Part shown: one piece after another, positions 1 through 13,400 of the stretch | Layout of the letters: each line of letters opens with the position of its first letter | How positions within the stretch are numbered: the first letter of the stretch is position 1 | From: Eledone cirrhosa | Taxonomy: Eukaryota | Direction of reading: 5' to 3' | DNA length: 64,000 bases | NCBI GenBank assembly: GCA_964016885.1 | Contig: OZ024740.1 | Span: 109,368,001 to 109,432,000 of the forward strand | The notes under the pieces: model-generated | What the model saw: only the letters and a program-made list of their open reading frames with translations | Told to the model about the DNA's origin: nothing | The model's database searches: none | Translations under genes and position numbers: made by a program

Positions 1-176
1 GCAAAAAAGCACCCAGCACTCACTGTAAATGAGGTTGGTGTTAGGAAGGACATCCAGCTGTAGAAATCAAGCCAGAATCAGTTCCCATATGAGCAAGACA
101 AGGTCAGCCGACCGGACACTGCCCATAACAGGACAACCTGTCTAACCCATGCTAGCTTGGAAGAACGGACGTAAAA
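1..176 (+). mobile_element. 3' end of RTE-clade LINE (same subfamily as 23988-24805)
   Basis: Near-identical to 24620-24790: aaaagcacccagcactcactgtaaatgaggttggtgttaggaagg...aacccatgctagc..ggaagaacggacgtaaaa. Confidence 0.85.
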
Positions 177-179
177 TAT

Positions 180-402
180 ATTTAATATAGAAATGGCTTC
201 TACAGGACTAGAACTGTTTCATTCGGGAGAAATCATCAGGAAGCCGACTGTCCAAGTAATGTAGTGGTATTTATACCTTTTCTGGTGGTAGGAGAGGGTG
301 GTGATTGGGATGGGTGGAGGTCATTGGTTGATGGATTTAAAGAAAAGGGATTTCTTTAAAAATTACTTACTGTGGTTACCCCTGATTGAACCTGGGATAA
401 AC
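180..402 (-). mobile_element. Penelope-like element pseudo-LTR remnant
   Basis: Minus strand shows GGTATAAATACC (TATA-like, ~266-277), then a hammerhead (195-245), then ATTAAA (181-186); bounded by TA-rich sequence and (TA)n at 403-422. Confidence 0.6.
195..245 (-). ncRNA. Type I hammerhead ribozyme motif
   Basis: Reverse complement: GGCTTC-CTGATGA-TTTCTCCCGAAT-GAA-ACAG-TTCTAGTC-CTGT-A-GAAGCC; stem I 6 bp, stem III 4 bp, GUA cleavage triplet, short stem II with U.U at its base. Confidence 0.8.
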
Positions 403-544
403 TTATATATATATATATATATTTAAAGTTTTCTATCTTTTTAAATGACACTTCCTTGCAGTAAATGTTTTCCAAATACTTTTTCTGCCTATTTCTTTTT
501 ATACCAATGCCTTTTGAGTGCAATTAGATAGGACACTTTAAAAA

Positions 545-745
545 CGACGTGTTGTGTGTGTTGTTTGTGTATGTGTTTACATTTGTGTTCTGCTAATTAG
601 TGGTTTGACAAAAAAGAAATTGGTAAAATAAGTATCAGAGTTGAAAAAATTAAGTACCGGGGTCAATATAATCAAGTAAATCAAGGTGGTGCCCCAGCAA
701 AGCTGCAGTCTAATGACTGAAATCAGTAAAAGACTAGAAAGAAAT
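545..745 (+). mobile_element. 3' portion of octopus OR-type tRNA SINE (degenerate)
   Basis: (GT)-rich middle then aaataagta...aagtaccggggtcaat...aaggtggtgccccagca...gcagtctaatgactgaaatcagtaaaaga; family assignment from recall. Confidence 0.6.
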
Positions 746-1422
746 ACCTTCATTATCACCAGCAGCAGATAGAATATCATAAACCACTCCAATGTTATTC
801 ATGGTTAACAATGGGGTTGGTAGACCATGGAGGGATTTGAACTCAGAATACAAAGAGCCAGAGTAATACTGCAAGGTATTCTGACATAGCATTTCTTTTA
901 TTAATCAACTGCCTTAATCAAGTACTTTATTCTCTCCAACATTTTAACGAGTCTGACAATTAGTCCTTATATTGAGTTAACATATTCCTAATGAAAGGCA
1001 TTACCTCTGTGTTTTAATTAATTGTGAAATAAATAAATGTGGACGAATTTAGTAAAATATTCAACTATTCCCATTATTGCTCCAATGTTTTGAACATAAC
1101 AAAGTTCTTATATAATATTATGTTTATGGTTTAGCAGAAAATACAAAACAAAAAACAAAAACAGAACAAAACAAAAAGAAACCCCACAGGTTTGTTACTT
1201 CAAATATTAATAGTAGACAGATCATTGTGAAAACTTGTAGTATTAAAGACTAAATTTTTATGTTATTTAGTCATAGTGCTGTTTTGTACTTTTCGAGATT
1301 GCCTTTCTAATGTGGTTTCGAATGGAACAGGATGTTGAATTAAAATGGACAGTTTTGTATCATTGAACTAGGAGCTGTTTCATGAGGGTTGGTATCAAGA
1401 GGGTTAATATATCATAGTTAAA

Positions 1423-1522
1423 GCATGTGGCCTAATGGTTAGTGTGTTAACTCATGATCATAAGGGTATGGGTTTGATTACCTGGTGGTGCATTGTGTTC
1501 TTGAATAAAACATTTTACTTCA
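1423..1522 (+). mobile_element. tRNA-derived CORE-type SINE head fragment
   Basis: A-box-like tggcctaatggtt, B-box-like ggtttgattac, CORE-like ttgtgttcttgaataaaacattttacttca; related to 52345-52491. Confidence 0.55.
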
Positions 1523-2193
1523 TAATAGGTCTGAGGCACCCTATCATTAAAATACCCAAGAAACTTCCTACATCATAGGAAGCCAGCTAAATCTGTTTAG
1601 CTGTGAGCTGTAAATTTTGCAGAACTACGGGTGTTTCAAGCAGTTTCATATAAAAAGGTTTAACCTACTGTCAATATTATCAATTTATGACAATTTTTAT
1701 GAAGTAAACATTTTTACACTATTTCATTTTATGTTTTAACAATGTTTTTTTAAAAATATATATATTTATTCAGTTTTTCAGAATAATCAAGATACAGTTC
1801 GCTAGCAATGTTTTTGTATTTCATTATTGTTTTCACTAGCAAAACACTATTTTTATTTGTCTTTTATAATAATAAAAACCAAATCAGATTGAATCTTCTT
1901 AATGGTTTCTTCATTAATGCTAATGTTGTGGAACTACTTCTATAGCCATATTTTATCAAACATTCATAAATATCAAAGAATTATCAACTGATAATTTGTC
2001 TTTCATCTTTAGTGATGCTTCGAAAGTTTCTGTAAACGACACTTTCGGAAATATTATTCTAGGTTACATAACAGAATTGCTAATGGCCAACCATATTGGT
2101 GAACATTATGTTGTTGTTATAACTGCTGTAGTTTTATACCTTCTCACTGCCTTGGTTTTTATTCCCATCATAGCACACGCATGCACGCACACG

Positions 2194-2239
<46 letters not shown>

Positions 2240-2240
<1 letters not shown>

Positions 2241-2670
2241 AGGTGGGTAGGCTCTCTTCAATTCAAGCCTACTTTTTCCTATGGTCATGAATCTTGGGTA
2301 ATGACTGAAAGAATATGATCGCAAATACAAGTGGCTGAAATGGGGTAATGTTATTTAATAGAGTGCATAGCTTGGAGAATAGGTAGTTACTCCAGGTAGA
2401 GTTGCTACTTCTCTAAATTGAGAGATCACAGTTCTGATATTACGGACATATTGTCAGAATGTTTAAGGAAAGAATTGCTGGACAGATTTTACTGCCAAAA
2501 CTAACTGGCAAGGGACCCAGGGATATACCCTGAGCAAGATGGTTGGATAACATCCATGATCTTGGCTGATTTCATTTGGGACAGTTGCTTCTGACTCGAC
2601 TTACTCAAAGACATGCTTGAGGAACCTGCCCCCACATCCCTCTCAGAAATAAGTGGGTGAAGAAGAAAAA
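2240..2670 (+). mobile_element. 5'-truncated Rex3/Expander-like RTE LINE
   Basis: Decayed YGHESWVMTERI..QIQVAEMG...LLLL.IERSQ..YYGHIVRM...; homologous to 31330-31770; ends in gaagaagaaaaa. Confidence 0.8.
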
Positions 2671-2929
2671 TCAAGAATTCGGATAGATTTAGTTATATCA
2701 ACATTCTCATTATTAAGTGGTCTTTGGAACATAAAGGTTTTTACATAAGATTTCTAAATAAACAAACAGATGTGTATCATATAAGTAGGGGCAGTTTCGG
2801 ACACTTTTGTATCAAAAGGTTAAGGGGTTCCTATTTAAATTGATATCTTCCAGCTTTGATATATGGAAGAACCCTTAGTAAAATTCTTTCATTACCTCAT
2901 TTCCAATGAAATACTCTGCTTATGTGCTA

Positions 2930-3163
2930 TCATTCAGTTTGAAAATAATAAAACAAAATGAAAGAAAAATAACTTTATCATCAGTGATATGATATTTGGA
3001 ACATTTCATAAAAGAATATACTAAAATAAAATTATGATGGAAGGTTGTTTTAATGGAAATATGAATATTTTAAAACAGGGTGGTTTTTAGGTGCAGTTGT
3101 AAAGGAATTTGTTTCATAGAACTAGAGCTGGTTTTTAGGGCAGGGTTGGTATGAAAAGAGTTA
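2930..3163. mobile_element. End of TTAA-terminated (piggyBac-like) non-autonomous element, family 2
   Basis: Terminus ggttggtatgaaaagagTTAA; related termini at ~1407 (ggttggtatcaagagggttaa), ~2823, ~55918 and, in the opposite orientation, 5229 (ttaaccattttagtaccaaacc). Confidence 0.45.
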
Positions 3164-3247
3164 ATGGATTAGCAGCCATCTTCCACTTCCACTTCCTCCT
3201 CAGTGTCCTCTTCCTCCTCTTCTCTTGTTGTCTCTGTCTTTAGTAAA

Positions 3248-3932
3248 CCACCACCACCTACCATAGTCTACTTACTTTCTTCATCTATCATATGTTACCT
3301 CCCTCCAAACTTATCCACCCTATCTACTCCCCTCAACCATCACCACCTCTACCACCTCTACCACCACCATCTCTACCACCACCACCACTACTACCACCAC
3401 CACTACTACCACCACCACCACTACCACCACTACCACCACCACCACCACCACCACCACCACCACCACCACCACCACCACCACCACCACTACCACCACTACC
3501 ACCACCACCACTACTACCACCATAACCACTACTACCACCATAACCACCACCACTACTACCACCATAACCACCACCACTACTACCACCACCACTATCACCA
3601 CCACCACTACTGCCGCCACTACCGCCGCCACTACTGCCACCACTACCGCCACTACCACCGCCACTACCACCGCTACTACCACCACCACTACCACCACCAT
3701 CACCATCACCACCACTACCACTAATACCACTACTACCACCACCACTACCACTAATACCACTACTACCACCACCACCACCACCAGCACTGCCACCACCACC
3801 ACAACCACAACCACTACTGCCACCACCACCACCACCACCACTACTGCCACCACCACTACTGCCACCACCACCACCACTACTGCCACCACCACCACCACTA
3901 CTGCCACCACCACCACTACCACCACCTCTACC
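3248..3932. repeat. (CAC/TAC)n trinucleotide array
   Basis: Continuous CAC with TAC/CGC/TGC variants; source of the poly-His/Pro/Val ORFs. Confidence 0.95.
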
Positions 3933-4067
3933 AATCTACTCCAATTTTCTTAGTTCCTGTCTTAATTAGGTAACATTTAAATGAAGAACTTCTTGAAAAC
4001 CAATCTATTAGTTTGAAAATAGACAATTTATTACAGATGTCTGCTGTAACATTACACATGTGTAGCA

Positions 4068-4318
4068 TATAAATATATATACACACACATATATACACAC
4101 ACACATATCCACACACATATATGTACACATATACTCACATATCCACATACATATGTATGCATATATACTCACATATTCCCACTCACATACATATGCATAC
4201 ACATATATATATACATGTACATATACACACTCGTATACATACAGAAATATATGTAGATGTACACATGTATACGCATGCACATATACATATGCATGCACTA
4301 ACATATACTCTTATATAC
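4068..4318. repeat. Mixed (TA)/(CA) microsatellite
   Basis: Alternating purine-pyrimidine tract. Confidence 0.9.
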
Positions 4319-4451
4319 AATGGCAACAGCAATTACGATCATAGATCATAACATATTAAATGCAACATAACAGCTGCAATATAACAGCTGCAACATACTC
4401 CACAACCACTACAATAACTAACTGTAGTATTAGAAACAACGACAGCGTTTG

Positions 4452-4805
4452 CAACAGTAAATACAACAACAGTAAATACAACAACAGTAAATACAACAAC
4501 AGTAAATACAACAACAGTAAATACAACAACAGTAAATACAACAGTAAATACAACAGTAAATACAACAGTAAATACAACAGTAAATACAACAGCAAATACA
4601 ACAGTAAATACAACAGCAAATACAACAGCAAATACAACAGCAAATACAACAGCAAATACAACAGTAAATACAACAGTAAATACAACAACAGTAAATACAA
4701 CAACAGTAAATACAACAACAGTAAATACAACAACAGTAAATACAACAACAGTAAATACAACAACAGTAAATACAACAGTAAATACAACAACAGTAAATAC
4801 AACTG
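4452..4805. repeat. 12/15-bp minisatellite (AACAGTAAATAC[AAC])n
   Basis: Visible tandem units with AGC variants. Confidence 0.95.
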
Positions 4806-5301
4806 TAGTTGTAAGAAGAAATAACAACAAAAAGATCAACTTTACTAGTTGAAATATAAATGACAACTGCAGCAGTAACAGCAGAATATAGAGAAATGTA
4901 ATGATATTGATTCTATGAACGAAACTAAGCAATAAAGAGGGACATTTTTGTGAAAGAGATTGAGGGAGAAGACTATTATTTTAGGGGAACCATGCAGATT
5001 ATAAGATAATAAATAGATAAGGACTTAAAAGGTTGAAATAAAGAGAAACCAAAAATGGAGAGAAGAAAAGGACTTAAAATGTTGAAATAAAGAGAAACCA
5101 AAAATGGGGAGAAGAAATAATATAAAATATTAAAGTAATTTTATTGAATGTATGAAGAATACTTTTAACAATAATTATGTATTGTGGCAGCTGGAACTAT
5201 AATCAATAACTGAAGAAAAATAAGGATATTAACCATTTTAGTACCAAACCATCTGAAATTACCTCTGGTTCTACAATATAAAGCTATTTATTTTAAAGTG
5301 T

Positions 5302-5511
5302 TTAGCCCTTTTGCATTTAAACTGGCTGTACCCGGCCAGAATTTTCTCACCTCTTTCTGTTCAAATCAGCCATAACCGGCTGCTCATACTTATGTTAAAG
5401 TATTGTTCTCAAAATAAATATCAATCTCAGAGATTCAATATTATGTGAGATAAGTGTTTTCTGTGAAAATACAATTGTAAATATAGAGTAATGTAAATAC
5501 TAAAGGGTTAA
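5302..5511 (-). mobile_element. piggyBac-like MITE, family 1
   Basis: Termini ttag-cccttttgcattta ... gtaaatactaaaggg-ttaa; reverse complement of copies at 45298-45522 and 56881-57088. Confidence 0.75.
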
Positions 5512-5542
5512 AGTCTAAAAAGCTTCAAATTATAATTTTATC

Positions 5543-6316
5543 GGTGGATTGGCAGTATCGGTAAAGGATTGGACTCCATGCTTTGAGGCATAGAGTTACG
5601 GCCGTTGCTATTCTGAGTTCAAATCCCGCTGAGGTTAACTTTGCCTTTCATCCTTACGGGGTCGATAAAATAAAGTACCAGTAATGTACTGGGTAATTGC
5701 TGGCCTTGTGCCAAAAGAAACAAACAATTATAATTTTATGTAAGGGTAGAGGGTCGGACACCATGCCTTCCTGCATAGTTACGCTCCTTTATGGTCTGAG
5801 TTCAAATCCCGCTGCGGTTAACTTAGCCTTTCATCCTTACGAGGTCAATAAAATAAAGTACCAGTAATTAACTGGAATAATTGCTGGCCTTGTGCCAATA
5901 GTAGAAACAATTATAATTTTATGTAAGGTGGATTGGCAGTATCGGTAGAGGGTCGGACGCCATGCTTTGACGCATAGTTACGGCCCTTGCCATTGAGTTC
6001 AAATCCCGCCAAGGTTAACTTTGCCTTTCATCCTTACGGGGTCGATAAAATAAAGTACCAGTAATGTACTGGGTAATTGCTGGCCTTGTGCCAAAAGTAG
6101 AAACAATTATAATTTTATGTATGGTTTGGCAGTATTGGTAGAGGGTTGGACACCATGCTTTTCAGCAAAGAGTTACGGCCCTTTATGTTCTGAGTTCAAA
6201 TACCGTTGAGGTTAAATTTGCCTTTCATCCTTATGGGGTTGATAAAATAAAGTACCAGTAATACACTGGGATAATTGCTGGCCTTATGCCAAAAGTAGAA
6301 ACTATTATAATTTTAT
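5543..6316 (+). mobile_element. Head-to-tail array of four tRNA-derived SINEs (Meta/MESC-like body)
   Basis: Each ~190-bp unit: A box tggcagtatcgg (missing in unit 2), B box gagttcaaatcc, body gcctttcatccttacggggtcgataaaataaagtaccag, tail agaaacaattataatt. Confidence 0.85.
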
Positions 6317-6352
6317 GTAAGAACCTTTTAAATTATGTTACTAACATCAGAT

Positions 6353-6458
6353 TAATAATTGTTTCTACTTTTGGCACAAGGCCAGCAATTATCCCAGTGT
6401 ATTACTGGTACTTTATTTTATTGACCCTGTAAGGATGAAAGCAAAGTTAACCTCGATC
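6353..6458 (-). mobile_element. Inverted partial copy of the same SINE
   Basis: taattgtttctacttttggcacaaggccagcaattatcccagtgtattactggtactttattt is the reverse complement of ~6205-6310. Confidence 0.85.
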
Positions 6459-6879
6459 AGATTAATAATGGAGTTAGTTACATTACAAAATCCTTCCAAA
6501 TTCTTGATAAATGTTTGAAAATGGTTGGAAATTATAGGCAATATCTTTCATTAGAAATCTGATAAGAAGAGTTAGATTAAGTAGAAAAGTTACCTGCTAA
6601 TGAAAGATATATTGATTGGTAAGGTTTCACTACTTTGAAGTTTGTGAGTGGAGACATGTATAGTGTGTGTGAGAGGAAGAGGGGAAGTAACGGTGTAGAA
6701 AGAAAATCTATTAGACAGGTAAGAAAGAGGCTGACGGTGATGTTTGTTACCTGACTAAGTTAACAATTGTAAGAGTATTTGGTGAACGATGTAATGGGAT
6801 CTTGCTCTAAAATAAATAACATTGAACAAGTCAAATTATTTGACATTTGCTGGGATTATGTCTGACCGATAATCTCTGT

Positions 6880-8420
6880 CTGGCTCTATCTCTTTCTATC
6901 TCTCTTTATCTCTCTCTCTGTTTGTCTCTCTCACTCTGTCAATTTTTCTGTCTGTCTCTCTTTCTCTTTCCACATGTCTCTCTTTCTGTATGTCTCTCAC
7001 TCTCTTTCTGTATGTCTCTCACTCTCTTTCTGTATGTCTCTCATCTCTTTCTGTATGTCTCTCACTCTCTTTCTGTATGTCTCTCATCTCTTTCTGTATG
7101 TCTCTCATCTCTTTCTGTATGTCTCTCATCTCTTTCTCTGTATGTCTCTCATCTCTTTCTGTGTGTCTCTCATCTCTTTCTGTATGTCTCTCATCTCTTT
7201 CTCTGTATGTCTCTCACTCTCTTTCTGTATGTCTCTCATCTCTTTCTGTATGTCTCTCATCTCTTTCTGTATGTCTCTCATCTCTTTCTGTATGTCTCTC
7301 ATCTCTTTCTCTGTATGTCTCTCATCTCTTTCTGTGTGTCTCTCATCTCTTTCTGTATGTCTCTCATCTCTTTCTCTGTATGTCTCTCACTCTCTTTCTG
7401 TATGTCTCTCATCTCTTTCTGTATGTCTCTCATCTCTTTCTCTGTATGTCTCTCATCTCTTTCTGTGTGTCTCTCATCTCTTTCTGTATGTCTCTCATCT
7501 CTTTCTCTGTATGTCTCTCACTCTCTTTCTGTATGTCTCTCATCTCTTTCTGTATGTCTCTCATCTCTTTCTGTATGTCTCTCATCTCTTTCTCTGTATG
7601 TCTCTCACTCACTCTTTCTGTATGTCTCTCATCTCTTTCTGTATGTCTCTCACTCTCTTTCTGTATGTCTCTCACTCTCTTTCTGTATGTCTCTCATCTC
7701 TTTCTCTGTATGTCTCTCATCTCTTTCTGTATGTCTCTCATCTCTTTCTGTATGTCTCTCATCTCTTTCTGTATGTCTCTCATCTCTTTCTGTATGTCTC
7801 TCACTCTCTTTCTGTATGTCTCTCACTCTCTTTCTGTATGTCTCTCACTCTCTTTCTGTATGTCTCTCATCTCTTTCTGTATGTCTCTCACTCTTTCTGT
7901 ATGTCTCTCACTCTCTTTCTGTATGTCTCTCACTCTCTTTCTGTATGTCTCTCACTCTCTTTCTGTATGTCTCTCACTCTCTTTCTGTATGTCTCTCACT
8001 CTCTTTCTGTATGTCTCTCACTCTCTTTCTGTATGTCTCTCACTTTCTTTCTGTATGTCTCTCACTCTCTTTCTGTATGTCTCTCACTCTCTTTCTGTAT
8101 GTCTCTCACTCTCTTTCTGTATGTCTCTCTCTCTCTTTCTGTATGTCTCTCTTTCTGTATGCCTCTCTCTCTCTCTTTCTGTATGCCTCTCTCTTGTATG
8201 CCTCTCTCTCTCTTGTATGCCTCTCTCTCTCTCTTTTGTATGCCTCTCTCTCTCTCTCCCTCTTTCTGTATGCCTCTCTCTCTCTCTCTGTATGCCTCTC
8301 TCTCTCTCTCTGCCTCTCTCTCTCTCTGTATGCCTGTCTCTCCTTCTGTCTGTCTGGCTCTGTCTCTCTTTTTCTGCCTTTTCTTTCTGAATACCCATCC
8401 ATCTCTCTCTCTCTCTCTCT
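6880..8420. repeat. Polypyrimidine minisatellite, 21-23 bp unit (CTCTTTCTGTATGTCTCTCAT and variants)
   Basis: Regular units ~6975-8150 flanked by (CT)n-like decay. Confidence 0.95.
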
Positions 8421-8469
8421 CACATTGTGTGGCTTTAGGTTGACCAATACCTTCTGAGTGAAATAATCC

Positions 8470-10075
8470 ACTAAATTTAGCTTTAGTTGGTCTAGAAAAG
8501 GCCTTTGAAAGAGTACCTCGATCTATTATCTATTAGCTGTAGGTGTGAACCTCACAAGATGGAATGGCTCTTCCAGTGCATCTCCCTTACCATCCACTGG
8601 TGAAACACCTTCTCCATTCTGTCTGCCAGGACTGCGGGGTGGCCAACATGTGGAATCCCATTTGCTCATATTATAGAGATGGGGAGGGTGAGAGAGTTGG
8701 AGGTGATAATGGGATTTTGGCTTTTCCGTGTACTCCGCTCTTCTTTCTTTCAGCCCCCACCCAACACACAATCTCCCTTTTTCTTGTATCACTTGAGGAG
8801 TGAATTTTTTCTTCATTTATTGTGTATTTTGCAGAAAATTCAAGTCAGGGGGTCAACAAATTATCCATATTTTCTTCAATGTAATTTTAACCTTAATAAT
8901 GACATTGTAAACATTCTATTTGGTGGTCTTAAGGAAATTAGGAGTAGAAGAGTGACTTGTGAAAACATTGCAAGCCATGTACAGAGGAGCTGTGAGTTTA
9001 GTCAGGAATTCAATATACAGGTAGTTCATCAAGGTTCAGTTTTTAGCCCACTGCAATTTACCATAGTTCTCCAGGGCATAACAGAGGAGTTTAAAACTAG
9101 CTGTCCATGGGAACTTCTCTATGCAGACGATCTGGTCTTTATAGCTAAATCCACAAAAGAACAAGAAAATAAATTCTGATTATAGAAACTGAATTTGGAA
9201 TCAAAAGATCTGAGAGTATACTTAGCCAAAACTAAAGTGTTAGTGAGTAGGAGAGAAGATAGGACCCTAATTCCTTCAGAGAAGTGGCCCTGCTCAATAT
9301 GTAAAGGATTAGGCATAAACTCCATACAATGTAGACAATGTAAATCTCGGGTACACAAAAGATGTAGTGGGACAATGAATAGACTAACAGGAAGGAAGAA
9401 CTTTGCTTGAAGAAAATGCACAGGAGTAAGCGAGAGAAGAGTGCCAATGATATAAACCTTTTCCAGTCACAGGAAAGATCCATAGATGTGGTTGATAGGT
9501 TCTGCTATCTAGGTGACTTAAATAGCAGTGGAGGAGGATGCATTGAGAATATAATATCTAAAATAAGGATAGGATGGAAGAAGTTTAGAGAACGACTCAC
9601 ATGGTTGACAACAAAAGGTTTCTCTCTATATATGAAAGGAAGGCTGTATGACGTCTGTATGCAAAGTGTGATGCTGCTTGGTAGTGAAACATGGGCTGTG
9701 ACTGCACAGGATCTGCATAAATTGGAAAGAAATGAAGCAACTATGCAATGTAAATGTGAGAGAAAGGCAGAACTTGGACGAGTTGAGGGTGAAGTTGGGT
9801 TTAAGAGGAATCCGAGGTAGTCTGCAAGAGAGAAGACTATGTTGATATGGACAATGAGCAATGGGTGAAGAAATCCCAGTGGAAGAAAGCCGCAGTAGGG
9901 GATGACCAAGAAAGACCTGGGCAGAGGTTGTGAGAGCTGATTGCAAATTACTTAGATTGGCAGAGGCGATAATGAAGGAATGTGACAAGTGGAGGGATGC
10001 CATGCTGAAAAGGACCTGTCCAACCCATGCAAGTGTAGAAAATCAGACGCAAAAACAATGATGATGATGATGATA
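8470..10075 (+). mobile_element. Old 5'-truncated RTE LINE (short-3'UTR subfamily), interrupted at ~8533-8922
   Basis: LEKAFERVPRSII | insertion | LRKLGV...VHQGSVFSPL...ELLYADD...KWPCSICKGLGINSIQCRQCKSRVHKRC...FCYLG...GSETW; ends ccaacccatgcaag...(GAT)n. Confidence 0.9.
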
Positions 10076-10114
10076 TAAGATCTTTTTTTAGTGTTTGCAC
10101 CAAGTTACAGGACA

Positions 10115-10290
10115 TAAACACACACACACATATACACACCAGTGGGCTTCTGTAGTTTCTATCTTAAAAGGCATTAGTTAACCTGAGGCTATAGTAGAAT
10201 ACACCTGCCCAAAGTGATGTGCAGCAATACTGAACCCAGAACCATATGGTTGTGAAGCAAACACCTTAACCACTCAGCCATGTCAGTGCC
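10115..10290 (-). mobile_element. 5' part of OR-type tRNA/CORE SINE
   Basis: Reverse complement catggctgagtggttaag (A box)...gggttcagta (B box)...ttgggcaggtgtattctactatagcctcagg...gaaactacagaagccc then (GT)n. Confidence 0.7.
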
Positions 10291-10439
10291 AACAAATCAA
10301 TGCAATCTTCTTTAGAAAAATATCTCTATCTACTCCTCTTCCTTCCCCTTTTCTGCCTGTTGCTGTGGTCTTAAGATTAACATGAAGTGACAACTCGGGT
10401 GCAGAGCAGTTTCATTGTAACACTCTCATAATTCACACA

Positions 10440-13400
10440 GACCCTACAACACAACACACCATACCACATTACACCACAGTACACTACACCTCACACCACA
10501 CCTCACAGCACTACACATAACTCCATATTACTCTACACCAAACCACACCACATTACTCTGCACCACAGCACTGCACTACACCGCACTGCACTGCACCGCA
10601 CCGCACTGCACCGCACCACACCACACCACACTGCACCACACCACACCGCACTTCACCGCACTTCACTGCACAGCACAGCACCATACCGCACTACACCACA
10701 CAGCACCATACCACACTACACCATACCACACTACACCATACCACACAGCACCAAACTACACCATACCATACTACACCAAACTACATCATACCACACTACA
10801 CCACACAGCACCATACCACACTACACCATACCACATTACACCATACCACACAGCACCATACCACACAGCACCATACCACACTACACCATACCACATTACA
10901 CCATACCACACAGCACCATACCACACAGCACCATACCACACAGCACCATACCACACAGCACCATACCACACAGCACCATACCACACAGCACCATACCACA
11001 CAGCACCATACCACACAGCACCATACCACACAGCACCATACCACACAGCACCATACCAGACGGCACCATACCACACTACTCTACACCACACCACACTACA
11101 CCACACTACACCACACCACACTACACCAGACTACACCACACCACACTACACTACACCACACTACACTACACCACACCACACTACACCACACCACACAGCA
11201 CCATACCAGACGGCACCATACCACACTACTCTACACCACACCACACTACACCACACTACACCACACCACACTACACCAGACTACACCACACCACACTACA
11301 CTACACCACACTACACCACACTACACCACACCGCACTACACTACACTACACCACACAACACTACACCACACCACACTACACCACACCACACAGCACCATA
11401 CCAGACGGCACCATACCACACTACTCTACACCACACCACACTACACCACACTACACCACACCACACTACACCAGACTACACCACACCGCACTATGCTACA
11501 CCACACCGCACTACACTACACCACACCACACTACACCACACCACACTACACCACACTACACTACACCACACTACACTACACCACACCACACTACACCACA
11601 CCACACAGCACCATACCACACAGCACCATACCACACAGCACCATACCACACGGCACCATACCACACGGCACCATACCACACGGCACCATACCACACGGCA
11701 CCATACCACACGGCACCATACCACACGGCACCATACCACACCACACTACACCACACCACACTACACCTCACTACACCACACCACACTACACCAGACCACA
11801 CTACACACACCACACTACACTACACCACACCGCACTACACTACACCACACTACACCACACTAGACCACACTACACCACACTAGACCACACTACACCACAC
11901 TACACCACACTACACCACACTACACCACACTACACCACACTACACCACACTACACTACACCACACCACACTACACCACACTACACTACACCACACCACAC
12001 TACACTACACTACACCACACCACACTACACCACACCACACCACACCATACCACACTACACCACACCACACGGCACCACACAGCACCATACCACACTACAC
12101 CACACCACACGGCACCACACAGCACTATACCACACTACACTACACCACACCACACAGCACCATACCACACTACACCACACTACACTACACCACACCGCAC
12201 TACACTACACCACACTACACCACACTACACCACACTAGACCACACTAGACCACACTACACCACACTACACTACACCACACTACACCACACTACACCACAC
12301 TACACCACACCACACTACACTACACCACACCACACTACACTACACCACACCACACTACACCACACCACACCACACCATACCACACTACACCACACAGCAC
12401 CATACCACACTACACCACACAGCACCATACCACACTACACCACACAGCACTATACCACACTACACCACGCTACACCACACAGCACCATACCACACTACAC
12501 CACACTACACCACACTACACCACACTACACCACACTACACCACACTACACCACACTACACCACACTACACCACACTACACCACACTACACCACACAGCAT
12601 AGCACTATACCACACTACACCACACAGCACCATACCACACTACACCATAGAGCACCATACAACACTACACCACACCACACAGCACCATACCACACAGCAC
12701 CATACCACACAGCACAGTACCACACAGCACCATACCACACAGCACCACGCCATACAGCACCACACCACACTACACCACACAGCACATATACCGCACCACA
12801 CCACATTACACCACACAGCACCATACTACACTACACCATACAGCACCATACAACACTACACCACACTACACCATACCACACTACACCATACCACACAGCA
12901 CCATACCACACTACACCACACAGCACCATACCACACAGCACCATACCACACAGCACCATACCACACAGCACCATACCACACAGCACCATACCACACAGCA
13001 CCATAACACACAGCACCATAACACACAGCACCATAACACACAGCACCATACCACACAGCACCATACCACACTACACCATACCACACAGCACCACACAGCA
13101 CCATACCACACTACACCATACCACACTACACCACACAGCACCATACCACACTACACCACACAGCACCATACCACACTACACCACACAGCACCATACCACA
13201 CTACACCACACAGCACCATACCACACTACACCACACAGCACCATACCACACTACACCACACAGCACCATACCACACTACACCACACAGCACCATACCACA
13301 CTACACCACACTACACTACACTACACCACACTACACCACACTACACCACACTACACCACACTACACCACACTACACTACACCACACAGCACCATACCACA

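Noticed and set aside
5019-5118. Short local tandem duplications (also ~29475-29585, 43815-44010, 59543-59617)
   Set aside because: Ordinary slippage duplications with no further structure
6847-8457. Three overlapping 466-536 aa Ser/Leu ORFs
   Set aside because: A CT-rich minisatellite lacks stops in every frame
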